A DNA stretch of 64,000 nucleotides. Origin: Psilocybe cubensis. Lineage: Eukaryota. Below the pieces are notes generated by a model, which saw nothing but the letters and a program-made list of their open reading frames with translations, was not told the DNA's origin and made no database searches. Location of the stretch: positions 1,178,001 through 1,242,000 of the forward strand of contig CM039005.1 of NCBI GenBank assembly GCA_017499595.2, read 5' to 3'. Every line of letters begins with the position of its first letter. Position 1 is the stretch's first letter. Made by a program: the position numbers and the translations under genes. This document shows positions 12,650 to 26,518 of the stretch, piece after piece.

Positions 12650-13834
12650 GATGATGACTAGATAAAGTTGGGTAGACGCGCGTCAGATATGCGACCCGAG
12701 AGCATGATTAAGGTGCAAGGCGAGCATCACGTACCGAGAAGAAATAAGATGAAACGGAAAGAAAAGGACTCTAAAAGAGAAAATGCGAGGAAGCTGGGCT
12801 GGGAGTGTGTGGGGAGTGTGTCAACGACGACAAGCAACAGTCAACTTGAAAAATATTTCGCAATCCTCTCGGCTATTGCCGGACCAACCATTTCGCTCTA
12901 TTAGGCAGTCACTGACTCACCCTCGCTGCCGGCATCTACACACATCCACACAATTCACAGAAAATACATGTATTTGGTGCCTTGTAGTTGGAAATAGACG
13001 TGCTACGTCACCCAAAACTGTGGTTAACGTACAATTAGTTGGACTATTATACCCAAGGTACCCGGGGTGTTGTTTTTACAAGATCAATACACACTATTGG
13101 GTACTTAAACGGTAGAATCACGGCTTGAGATAGCCTCATTGGCCAAAATCACTGTAACACGCCTTTCAAGAACTGTGCTAACGGCAGAATTCCGTCTTTC
13201 TTATGATTCAAATTATGTCCGTCTTCAAAATTGACAACGAACGATACAAGAAACGAGATAAAAAAAAGAAAAGCTGAACCCAAAGAACGAACCAGAGAAC
13301 GAAAGATGAAGAGTAAAAAAGCATAACAGAAAGCGATCCAGAATTGTCCACAATCAACAACTGCCCAAAGAAATGATAACCAAGATTATCAAGTGTTGGG
13401 AGAGACCGATGCACAGAAAACAAGGGGTATAGTGATTAACGGACGCTTAATGGTCCAGGAAAGAAAAGATACGGGACAAGGGAGGGTGGCAAAAAAGGAA
13501 AGGACGCGATTTGTTGTGCTTTTCTTCGTGCGCTGGGTGCATGCGCACTGCAAGGGCGGAGATACATGTGATCGGGAAAAGGCACCCCTTATAATTCGTG
13601 GCTTTGACCAGATACAGCGTGGTAGTGGACGTAGAGTTCAAAAGAAGTCTTATTGTTGTTTTCGTGAATGGATGGATGCGACCAGCGGTTGGTTGGTGGT
13701 TGTTCATATCGTGACATGGTTGTACAGAGGGTAAAACTAGTACAGAGACAGCAACTTTAGAACGCGTCCATGTGCATGCATGAGAATAAGTTCAACTCAC
13801 CTACAGAGAAAGACATTCTATAAATTAACGGCAA

Positions 13835-15403
<1,569 letters not shown>

Positions 15404-18400
15404 GGTGGTATAAGGAAAGGAAAGGTTTTGAGATGGCCTGAGGGTGAAAACGGATGAAAGGATGGACCAAGAGAAGAAGACAACAAAGGCGTTATATAAG
15501 AAGATGGAACAATAACAAGTGATCTACAAAACTCTGTGACTTTGTCTTGTAAGGATTTCAAGTGCCGTAAAATGCACAAGCCTCATCAGCACTGGTCTTC
15601 CTTGGAAGACTTCAGATTGATTCCCACATCCGTCGCCTTTCCCAGTTCGGTCTTGTTGTCTAGAGGACACTTGCCGTCACTATAGTAACAGTATACAGCA
15701 GCTTCGTTGGTAGGCAACCACTGCACTCCTATGTATTAATTTTCTCCCTCCTAGGTGTATATGTCTGCTAAACTTGAACTTGAATCAATCTGTTAGGACC
15801 GACATCATGATATGATCAGATTCATGTAACTCCAGTCTTCATACCGGCAAGCCTCGCCTTTTTCGGTCTCCCAACTGCTAAACTTGAAACTTGTGTAGCT
15901 TCCGTTTGCAAGCCGACGCGACGCTGACTGTCCATGCGGGATCGACAGGTGGCTGAATCCTGTATTGTACGTTGTGGGCTGCATCACTCGTTTTCCCGAA
16001 TTTCCACTGACCAATGGTAAGGTGCCTAAATATTCTAAAAAAGTCGCCGCCATCAAAAATACATCTCTATCATCTTTCCAGCTGCATGACTTGCGAAACT
16101 GCCTCAGGTTTGGAACGGTGACATTGGCTGACGGGTCCTGGGTCTGATATTGACACACCCTTTGCGGGGAGAAAGGAATAAAGAATCCACGGCGTGTCTT
16201 CTTGTCCCTGATATGCACTCTCTGGCCTGGCGGGTCATCGATTCGCGACGACAACTCCCGAGAAACAAGGCCCGAACTTGTGGGTTTTCTGGAACCTCGT
16301 GCGTATTCTGCCGATCTTACCAATGATCACAATTTGAGTACGCGTTCTGAGTCCAACTACCAGGTGCCAAAAGGAAATGCAGAGCAATTTGCGCTATCAT
16401 TCGGTATGTCTACCGATATTGCTTCACGCTGCTGAACGCATAAAGCCCCGTAGGTCGAACCTTATCTGTGCACAGTCTGACCTCGACTCAACAGCGTTCG
16501 CATTGACGTGTAACTTGGTATGGCACCGGTGTACTTCCTCTCATGCAGCATCTCTTCAATTGGTGTTTCATGCGTTAGATGATCTCTAGTCTGTCAGAAT
16601 CTAAGGGAATTGATCGCAGAAGCTATGCTCGAGTGCGAAAGATAAGAGGAATCACCACTTCTTGATGCCAGATGTTGACGAATGACAGTAGACGGCACAC
16701 CACCTGCCCGACAGGTAGTTATCAATTACCGAGAAAGGTTATCCCGTTACAATTACTCGGGATAATTTTATCTCAGTAAACTCAAACCTACATGTGTATC
16801 AGCTCTCTTGCGACATATCTGTCATTGTCAGCGGGGCCACTTTCCCATCTGTGCATTCTCCGCATTCATGATATCATCATTAGTATCAGGCAAGTACTAT
16901 TTGAGTGGCAATTGGACCATACCTCTTTTACTACTCTGGTATCCATTTGAAGAAAAACTTCTAACTTTTCTTTAGCGGTACCTTTAACATTAGGTATACC
17001 GGTACTGAACCTTAGGTGGAGATAGATCAGGAACCTTCAACCTCAGAATAGGCGCTGCTGCACAATGTCCCCAAATTCCGACACAGACTCGGAGACATCT
17101 GCGCCCGCCCACTGTTATGTTCTGGTAAACAACTGTTCCCGGAATTCCTTCCTTACGATTTCGTTCGTAGGTCCACCAATCTGGCAGATGTTCAACTCAT
17201 TCAGAATCTCTCGGATCACTACAGTCCGACAAGAGCTCGGAGCGCTCAATGAAAACTATTTTTCTCTTGAACCTGATCAAGGCAGTGCACGTTACTTCCA
17301 CACTCCAATTTCTTTCGCGAATCATGAGGTAAATTTTTAACACACCTTACTGATACTTACTGTCGGGTAGACAGGGAATGACTGTCAACCTGAAGGCTCC
17401 TCCCTACCTTCAGTCAGTACAGTGCGTTTCAAAGTACAAGTTTTACTGGCCATTCGCTGAGGATGTTGCATGTTTAATATCGCGTCTTTAAGCGACAGAA
17501 TCTGCTGCTTTCCTCCTTGATTCTTCATGCTGTTTTGAACACCTGCATACGGGAATCAATTGACTATCTAAGGGTCACCAACCACTTAGCCATTAACACC
17601 AGTGGTCGAACATCGAGTCGGTAGGCACGGTGAGGATTCTCGGCTCATAGAAGCCACCTTCTTCAAAGGCATGTCTATCATATCAAATGTTTTATGTTGT
17701 AATTAACATTAAAAAGGATCTTCCCTGTCTAAATATCCTCCGTTGGATCCCAAAAATATCGGTCACCTGTTTTAATTTCTATTGGCACTGCTCAGAAGCT
17801 TGTCGTATCACTCGAAATTTACCTAATGAGCCTCTGCAGGCTACCGCATTACCCTTTTTTCCTTACGAAATTGTCTGGTGGATTTCAAGCTAGTAGCTCC
17901 TCGTGCAATATAGCCGGCAAGCATTGCTACTCACAGAACAATCTCCAGTAAACCCACATTAAACATAACTCATGCCATCCACTCCATAAAAGACATTCAC
18001 CTTTTGTCAGTTTGAAATACTCCGACAGCAATGTATGCAAGATATAACTTTCTACGAACTTTCTAGATTTTTCCGACATTGGAGGCGCACCCCCCTGAAT
18101 TTATTTTTAGACCTAATTATCAGGACTAGTGCAAACGAGGTTTAATCGAACCAATGTGAGGAATTCATATGCACCGAATCCCTGTAATAACATGTACAAG
18201 GGGCTTTAATCTACTCTATACATCTTACATTTGAGATTGCTATGTATTGCATCCAACGACTCAAAATTGTACGCTGCCACTGTATCAGGCGTACCGGGAC
18301 TGCTTTCCCTGTGCAGTGAGCTTTTACGTAGAAAATCCCTGATAAACCATGAGGTGTGGTGCAAATCCTGATCACCTGAACGCGGTGATGTGTTTTGTCA

Positions 18401-18545
18401 GAACGCTTACGCCCAGCTCGCATGGCATCGGACGATGTCCAGTGTTCTATTTTTATCGTAGATTTCAGCCATAAAGAAGCCAGAATAGAAATCGTGCAAG
18501 AACCTCTCCTTGCTGACCTCCTACCGCTATCTCAGCTGCATTTTA

Positions 18546-20991
18546 ATGACTATGGACGACTTCAACGACAAATATGAAACGACGACCGTTATTGGTGTTA
18601 CTGAATCCAGCATGGATGAATATTCCCCTTCGATGACACAGGAAAATGAGGGAACAGACATTGAGAAAGGAAAAGTACTTACCCCAGAACCCACAGTTGT
18701 CGACTTAAAGGCGCAGGAGGACGAAGAGTGGGAGACGGATCCAGATAACGCCAGAAACTGGTCATGGTCTCGAAAATGGGTGGCGACTGGCATAGTACGC
18801 CTATAGGTCTTGTGCTCGCTGAAAACTCTGATCATCTGATAATTATTATTATCAGGTTTCGTTCTACACATTTGTACCTCCTTTTGCAAGCTCTATGATG
18901 GCCCCCGGCCTTCCCGAAATCAGTGAAAGGTTCCATATCGATAATCCAACCCTTTTAGCTCTAACTCTAACGATATTCCTTTTGTCTTTCGCTCTTGGGG
19001 TACGTCGCCATTCTTTAAATGGCTCAGTTACCTGCGGGTCCGATTCACTGCTGTTTATAGCCCCTTTTTTATGCTCCGCTCTCAGAGATGTACGGCAGAA
19101 CTGAAGTGAGTCAATTGCATTACGGTTACATGGGAATGTCGAGAGGTTGCATATTGACCTCTCGTGATAGATCCTTCATATTGGGAATCTACTTTCCATG
19201 GTATTCAGCCTTGGCTGCGCATTTTCTCCCAACGTTGGAACACTTCTCGCATTCCGTTTCCTATGTTCGTCTCTGATGTTACATATCAGATTTTCTTTCG
19301 GTAAAGTTGATCCATATTTTTAAGCGGGATTCTCAGGGAGTGCTCCCCTGGCTATTGGCGGCGGTTCGGTCAGCGACCTTTTTGCTCCTCGAGATCGGGC
19401 ATCGGCGATGGCATTTTATAATTTAGGACCTATACTTGGTGGGTGAATGTGCACTTGCTGGAAGATTAAACCTACTCATCATTTGAACAGGTCCAGCTAT
19501 TGGACCAGCGGTCGGAGGTTTCATCACACAAACCATCGGCATAAAATGGGTGTTCATTGTAATTGCTAGTAAGTAGTTTTTACATTTCTTCAAACATCAC
19601 TCAATGAAATTGTCGGCTCAGTTACATGTGGTGCCCTTAGTTTAATCAGTATACCTCTTCTTCGAGAAACTTACGCACCTGTGATTCGCGCTCGCAAAGC
19701 GAGACGTGATGGCGACGTAGAAAAGGCCGCTAGAGTGCACCCTATGCTTGTCCAAGCTAAAGGAAATTTGCTCAGTTTGCTTTGGATGAACCTTACAAGA
19801 CCGATAGAATTGTTATTCAGGAGCTTCATATGCTTTATTTTGAGCCTATTCATGTCTCTGTAAGTCCTAATTAAAAATACGGCAACAATTAGGAATGCAG
19901 CTGATCTTAGATTTCGCCTTGTTACATTTTTATCAGTCTCTACGGTATAACCGTTGTTTAGGTGTATTTCGTCGACACCAAACTAATAGCATATTTCGTT
20001 TAGGCATCTATTATCTGATGCTCTCTACGTTCCCGGGTAAGCCGGATTTGAAAGGCAATTATGGGTATCAGATACATTAACAGTTTAGTTTAGATCTCTT
20101 TAATCATACGTACGGTTTTGGTCCAGGTGTAGGCGGGCTTGCATATCTCGGGATGGGTGTAGGATTCTTCATGGCCATGTTTTTTGCTGCCAGAGTAGCG
20201 GATGCAATATATAAAACGGTAGGTTTAAATTTTGATCCAGAAAATTTAGACCTAACTTTGGCTCAGTTAGCAGATCGAAATGGAGGCCAAGGGAAGCCTG
20301 AGATGCGTATGCCTGCCATGGTAGTTGGAGCGATTTGTATTCCAATCGGCCTTCTGTCAGTCTTTGAGATTACCTTCCTATTTTTAATGTTGTGCATTAC
20401 TGAGTACAAGTTGTTTGTGCTACAGATGGTATGGTTGGACAGCTGAAGCAAAAGTACATTGGATTGTTCCTATCATTGGGACCACCTTTTTTGGATTTGG
20501 TACGCCTGAAACTACAATTTTAACTTCTTGGTTCCATTTTGCTAACCTTTCTCTCGAAGGAATGACGACAGTATAGTACGTGTAATAAATTTCTGAATTA
20601 TGCTTCCATTTCTAACGTATATGCAGCCTACCCATCTCCCTATACCTTGTTGATGCCTTTAGATACGCCGCAAGCGCGCTAGCCGCTGCTTCTGTAAGGA
20701 ATGCTATCCTACCTATGAAATCTGATTAACTCATCTTCACCCAAGGTCTTGCGGTCGTTGTTCGGCTTTGTGTTCCCTCTTTTTGGGGAGCAGATGTTTA
20801 GTGCGTTGGGAGAAGGAAAAGGAAATACTGTGCGTACTCCAATTATTATCGACAGGACGATACACCGACATACCGTTACCCAGCTGCTTGCGTGTGTTGC
20901 ATTTACTCTGGGAATTCCCTTCCCGATCTGGATATACTACAAGGGAGAAGCCATCCGAGCCAAAAACCCGTTGTCAAATGGATCCATGTAG
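18546..20991 (+). CDS. Major facilitator superfamily transporter (DHA1 drug:H+ antiporter-like), many introns
   Basis: DPDNARNWSWSRKW, SSMMAPGLPEI, LSEMYGR, LRETYAPVI, GKPEMRMP, ASALAAASVLRSLFGFVFPLFG motifs. Confidence 0.9.
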
Positions 20992-21240
20992 GCTTCTGGA
21001 TTTATGTTCAAAAAAGGCTAAGTGGCGCACAAGGTGCCAATGCCCCGTTTTGGTCATCACCTGTCCATCAAAGGTTAATCCATGATACACGACCCTGACA
21101 TGGCAATCATGGTGTTTTTAGAAGAGCCGAATTGACGCCCGTAAAAGTTCTACTGTCGAACGTAATGACAGGGGTACATATAGCAATACAACTTCGTGCA
21201 TGAATAGCTGAATGTTACAAGGGTTAAAAAATCGAACTCA

Positions 21241-23790
21241 TCAACACTCTCCTAAAAATCTATTTTTGGGCATTGGTTGTTTATAATCGTCCACCCATGT
21301 CGTGAGGTTCTTATTGGTGTACGCCTCGATATATCTGTACAAGGTCTAATCAGATTTTACGTCATAAACTGGATAGGAGGACATACTGGTTTATATATGC
21401 CTGTGTGGGGAAATCTTTCGGGTCGCATCCAATGTTGATCGAGCCTTTGGGCTGATATACCCGAATCCAGTCTACTCTCATTTTTGTTGGGAACTTGAGA
21501 TTGTCCAGGTCAACTGTTCCAAAGTTCTCTGACATTCCCAGGTTTATGATTAAATACTAGTATACAGGAGTTAGTTGTGTTTGTAGGTTAAGATATTAAC
21601 ACTTACCATAGGTTCCTGAGGGATCGGTCGTGCCGATATTTGAACATCAGGGTCGGCGTCCATTCCAGAGGCCAGCAAGGTCCAGGTGGGCTCGTCATCA
21701 GAGATCCAAGTAATATACTAATTGAAAATATGTCAAAATTCTCAAAGAAGATGGATTGATCACGCACAGCATCGTCGAATCCTGTGAAATATTTCCTTTT
21801 GTAAATCACATAGGTATTCAGTTGAACTATGGAACCAACCTGGTTTATACTCGAAACCATACACCGAAAAACATCCTTTCTCCATTTCATAACAATCTGG
21901 ATCTGGAGATGTGCGACCGTTAGTTCAATTCTTTTATAAGTAAGATTTCTATGAACTAACTGGTGTAAGATACCACCGACGTCGCTTGTTGGAAAACGCT
22001 TCCAACGTAGGTATTCAAAAACGACTTTGACGAATTCACAATGGAGTAGGTGTCGGAGGTGTTGATAAAATAATATTCATGATTGAATGGCTAAAGAAAG
22101 ATATCAAAAGCGTTGGTGATATATATGCCATATAGGTCTGAAAAATGACTCACAGCCCACTGAGCAGATTGAGAAACTTCCCCAACAAGCGGAGTGCCCA
22201 CAACCTATTCAGTATGTATATTAAAAAAACTGCGGATTTCGACGTATAAAATTGGTATACCTGAGCTTCAAATATATCGATTTCAGGAGCAGCTCGACCA
22301 ACGAAGGTACCGTCTTTGTGCTTGGGTCCAGGGTGGGACTCTCCGGGACAAGTGCATCTAGATAGCCTTTGCCCAGGAAGGTATGATAGTGTACCACCGT
22401 GAAACGGATCTCCGTGTGTAAGTGCATTGACAGGTTCCCCATTAAAAGTCTGGTTGGCTACAGTGCCAACGTCACATGCATCGTATGTGTATGGCCACTA
22501 GTATAGAATGAAATGAGAGACAAAATTGAATGGAAGGTGTCAGACTCCTACCATTCCTTCAAGGCTGGCTCCGTAGCCTGCTCTACCTATCGATAGTAAG
22601 TCTAAGAGTAGGTCATTGGTAGATGAGGGAAACCTACCAAGATTTCCTAATGCCCAAATTGCGGGCCATAGCCCAGCGACATCATTCCTTCCGGGAAGGG
22701 TCACCGATGTCTCGACGAGCCCTCCAGTAAAGCAAAACTTATTCCAAGTCGACATCATTCCACCCTCATAGGACAGACCGTGTGTATCCTTCTCTTTCAA
22801 AGTAACTTCAAGTGCACCATTTGCCGTGGTTACAGCTTCAGGATCCCAATATTCCAGGTTGTTTGTCTAATCATATCTGAAGTCAATCATAATTCTGACT
22901 ACAACGCACAGTCAACAACGAACCTGCCAATAGTGCAAATCTGCTGCCTCCCAGTAAGGATCTTCACCCGGGTAAAAGGTTCGACCTTCGACGTTGAACT
23001 CATCGCTGAAGACCAGCTGCATGGTAACTTTAGGATTGTGCGCAGAAGGTTTAAAGTAAACATCTGCTGGAGTGTCTGGGTCTATTAGTCCTCGATTTCC
23101 GGGAAGCTCTGGGACCTTTCAAAAGTCAGTTGGAACCTGACGGTGAACTGATGGTATACAAATACCTGGCCCGATGCATTTGTCCCATAACCTCCCAATC
23201 TCGACTGTCCTTTCCGCTGAAAATACGTTATTAGGGGATAACCCACGCTAGGAAATTTTAGCAGATAAAGGTTAGATAACCATGAAATAGACGTACAAGA
23301 GGGCAAGGAGTCCTAATAAAATCACTGCAAGACAACCTAGATTTATCAACCCTCTCGTGGTAAATATATGTCCACCGCCTTTTGCATCTGGTTCATGGAG
23401 TGCATCGTCTTCCTCCGGTTGATCTGGAGAGATATTCGTACCCCAAATGGTGGGATCCGGCGGCAGCGGGAACTAAAACAAATAGTAATAGATATATAAT
23501 TTTCCAGAACGCTTGAATCACAACCTCACCTTGTCAGATATTGAAGGTGCAGCGGAAGAGCTTCTGCTAGAATCGAAATCGTATGGGGACTATTTTACTC
23601 AAAGGTAAGAGATGGCGGAAATTTTATGGGAGAAAATATGTACCACTGAGTTCTGACTTGAAGGAGGTCTTGAACCTCTAAACGACGCGTTACTTCCCGT
23701 GGAGTGGTTAATGAGATTTGTTACAGAATGCGAAGGGCTCGACTGTTCATATCGACGGTGATGATCAAATTTTGAACCGAAGATGGACAT
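21241..23790 (-). CDS. KRE6: KRE6/SKN1-family GH16 beta-1,6-glucan synthesis-associated protein, paralog 1
   Basis: [65 protein letters not shown], catalytic [10 protein letters not shown]; ends [11 protein letters not shown]. Confidence 0.92.
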
Positions 23791-24725
23791 GTAGAAGAGT
23801 CAGATGTCAACGTGCGGAAAAGGAGTATTCCTTGATAACTTTTCATAACAGGATATGTCGAAATAGACGGCTTGTAGACGGCGAACGGCAATGGAAGTAA
23901 ATGTAAAACATTCTCACTCCTGCTTATATCATGCCTCCGGGTTATTGCACCAGGCGCTCGATGATTTAGAAAACGGCGGTTGGTTATTTTGTTGACTGGA
24001 GAGAGAAGACAATCCTAGTTATTGTAGGATAGCGTCCTGAGATGGCAGGGTTGTCGGTTCAGAGTTGAACCAGTCCATGTCGACAGCTGAGGTCTCCATT
24101 GATTGTGCGTATGTTGAGCGTATTATAGCAAAATTTTGAACGAGATCTTGCGAAGTGTAAGCGCTTGTTTACGAGCATCCAACGAATTGACTTGCAGAGG
24201 TTAATTCCAGATTCAAGACGATGAACCTTTCAACGAAGAAAAAAATTCGGCCGATGATCTCTAGCGGCCATTCTGCTTAAATTTCAAACTCAGTTTCAAG
24301 AGGAGAATGATGCTTACAAGGGGCTGCCTTCAACTTTGTCACTTCCGATCTCTACCTTACACAGTTCTTTTCATACATGTGTGTTATTGTTGGTTGACCT
24401 TGTTATGTATCGAATTGGGCATTGTGGTTTCCTCATGCTTTCCTCTTACCATTGGATCCGAGTCACTGTCCTCATTACTCCAGCGCCAATGTACCACAAT
24501 ATGCGTTTGACAGACGGCTCAATAGCACACAACCTCTGCTCTCTGCGCCTCTGCCGGCTTTCTAGACTATGAATATCTCGGTTCTTCGTAAGCTGAACTT
24601 CACAAAAATTTGTTGCTTCTACTTATTGGGGAGGGATCGACCAATGTTGTGTTAACACAATAAGAGCCTGTAGAATCCATGACTTAGATGCCACACCATT
24701 TCAACATGTTCTCAAAGGCTGTCTA

Positions 24726-26518
24726 CTAGCCGGCAGCAGAAATAGGATAAGCTAATATCGTTCGAACGGAATCCTGCGAGATGAGTAAAAGAAAATGAGT
24801 GAGAAAAATAGAAGTAATTGCAGATGAATAGTTTAAGTCTGGATGAAGGTAGAGATATTCGCGGTGACACGAATTTCCGTATGTGCGTAGGGCTTTGGCG
24901 GCTAGTCGAAAAGTGACTGCGAGAGTGGATTTTGAAATGTTACAACGAATACGAAACTGGTCCATCGATGAGGAAATGCTATCAAGGTCAGAAGCAGAGT
25001 AGGCGGCGGCGGTAGAGAGGGGAATAATTTCAGATAAACGGCGCCAGTATAGTAAAAAGGCCAATGAGGTCCAACCACCAGTAGCGGCCACAACCTTGCA
25101 GAAGAGTTAGTTAATGAAAAAGAGGAGTGAAGTAGGGAAATAACCTCTGGAGGAACACCAGCGAGGAGAAGGGTAACGGCACCCCCGATGCGAAAGGAAT
25201 GACCCGAGACGTACGTGAGATTGGCTTTCTCCCAAATAGCCTGGACAAAATCGAGAAAAACATGTTTGAACATGTTGGTCCATAGGCCATCCGCGGAGCG
25301 ATAGGCAAAAATGGAGACTGAGTCGGAAGGAGGGGTGCCGTTAACCCGAATGTGGTTGAGAAGGGCAGCAACTGGACAAAGGTCGTCTTTGCGCGCGGTA
25401 AGAATCACGTCGGCACCTTCTTCGAGAGTAGTTTTAGTCCATGGGATGTGAAAGCTAGCAGAACGGAGCAAGCCGTCCTGCCCACGGTAGAAACGAATCC
25501 GCTCGGAGCCAGCTGTAGCATTTGTTGCGGGCGAGAAAGATGAATGAGACTTCACTGTAGTTTCGCCAAGTCTACGGCAGCCGAAAAAAGTGGTGAGAGC
25601 GCAGGCCCAGACGGCAGCATCGAAAGGTTTATTAGTATCAATGCGACGACGGAGCTCAAAAAGATGGTCTATAGATACGGGCGCTCGAGGAGGGCGTTTG
25701 AGATGTGCGCCGGCCTTGCTGGCCGACTTGCGGGCTAGATTAAGCCACTCGTGGTCGCCATTCCAACGAGCACCTTTGTTAATATGCCACGCTCGGATGC
25801 CGGATAACCAGGACTTCATTGTGTTACCTGAAACCTGACCCATTCGCCATTGAACAAAGGCTGTGAGTGTGACAACTGAGGCAGGCATGCGAGCGACTTC
25901 GTCAATACCCATCTCGTCACAGAATTCGTTGAAGCGCTTGATACCGGCACCATACGTCTTCCTTGTATTTTCGGAAAGGGCGTTAGATAAGAGGTGATAA
26001 GCGAGATCAATAACTTTGCCGGGATGGGACATGGATAACGCGGCTTTGAGGCTGCTATCAAATGGAGTGGACCAAGCCGTGAGTCGATCTGCGGCCGGAA
26101 CATTGGGACGAAAAAGGCTAGGATGTGAAGAGAAAACAGGGCGAGTAGGAAGACGAGTCGGAAGGAGAGAGCGAGGACGATGGGAAGGTAGCACAGGACG
26201 ATAGACAGAAGTAGAAACAGAAGAGAGACTTTGAGGATGAGAAAATTGAGAAGAAGCGGCAACGTGCAAATGGGAATGGGGAACAACTGATGAAGCAGAG
26301 GATTGACATGCAGGACTTACAGAAGGGAAACGTGCAAAAGGTTCGAAAGATTTAGAAGAACGACGAGAAAAAGAGACTACAGAAGAAGCGGACGAGACAG
26401 ATTCGAGGACGGGGATGTTAGATGATAACTTGCGGCGCGGAAGGGAGGGTCGATTGACTATCTCCCCACACAAGAAACACCTGCCTTCTACCCAAGGCTA
26501 ATTATGCAAACAACTCAT
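24726..26518 (-). CDS. Tyrosine recombinase of the retroelement (intron 25095-25144; TAG at 26498-26500 in the leader)
   Basis: TRKTYGAGIKRF, FFGCRRLGE (Arg), HIPWTKT (Lys), CPVAAL, GHSFRIGGA (HxxR), then after the intron GGWTSLAFLLYWR (W and catalytic Tyr). Confidence 0.88.

Noticed and set aside
15805..16435. 172-aa ORF and neighbours in the MAPK-MFS intergenic region
   Set aside because: No domain signature or supporting exon structure.
24647..24660. 14-bp palindrome TTGTGTTAACACAA near the retroelement 3' flank
   Set aside because: A palindrome of this length is expected by chance in 64 kb; no counterpart at the other end of the element.
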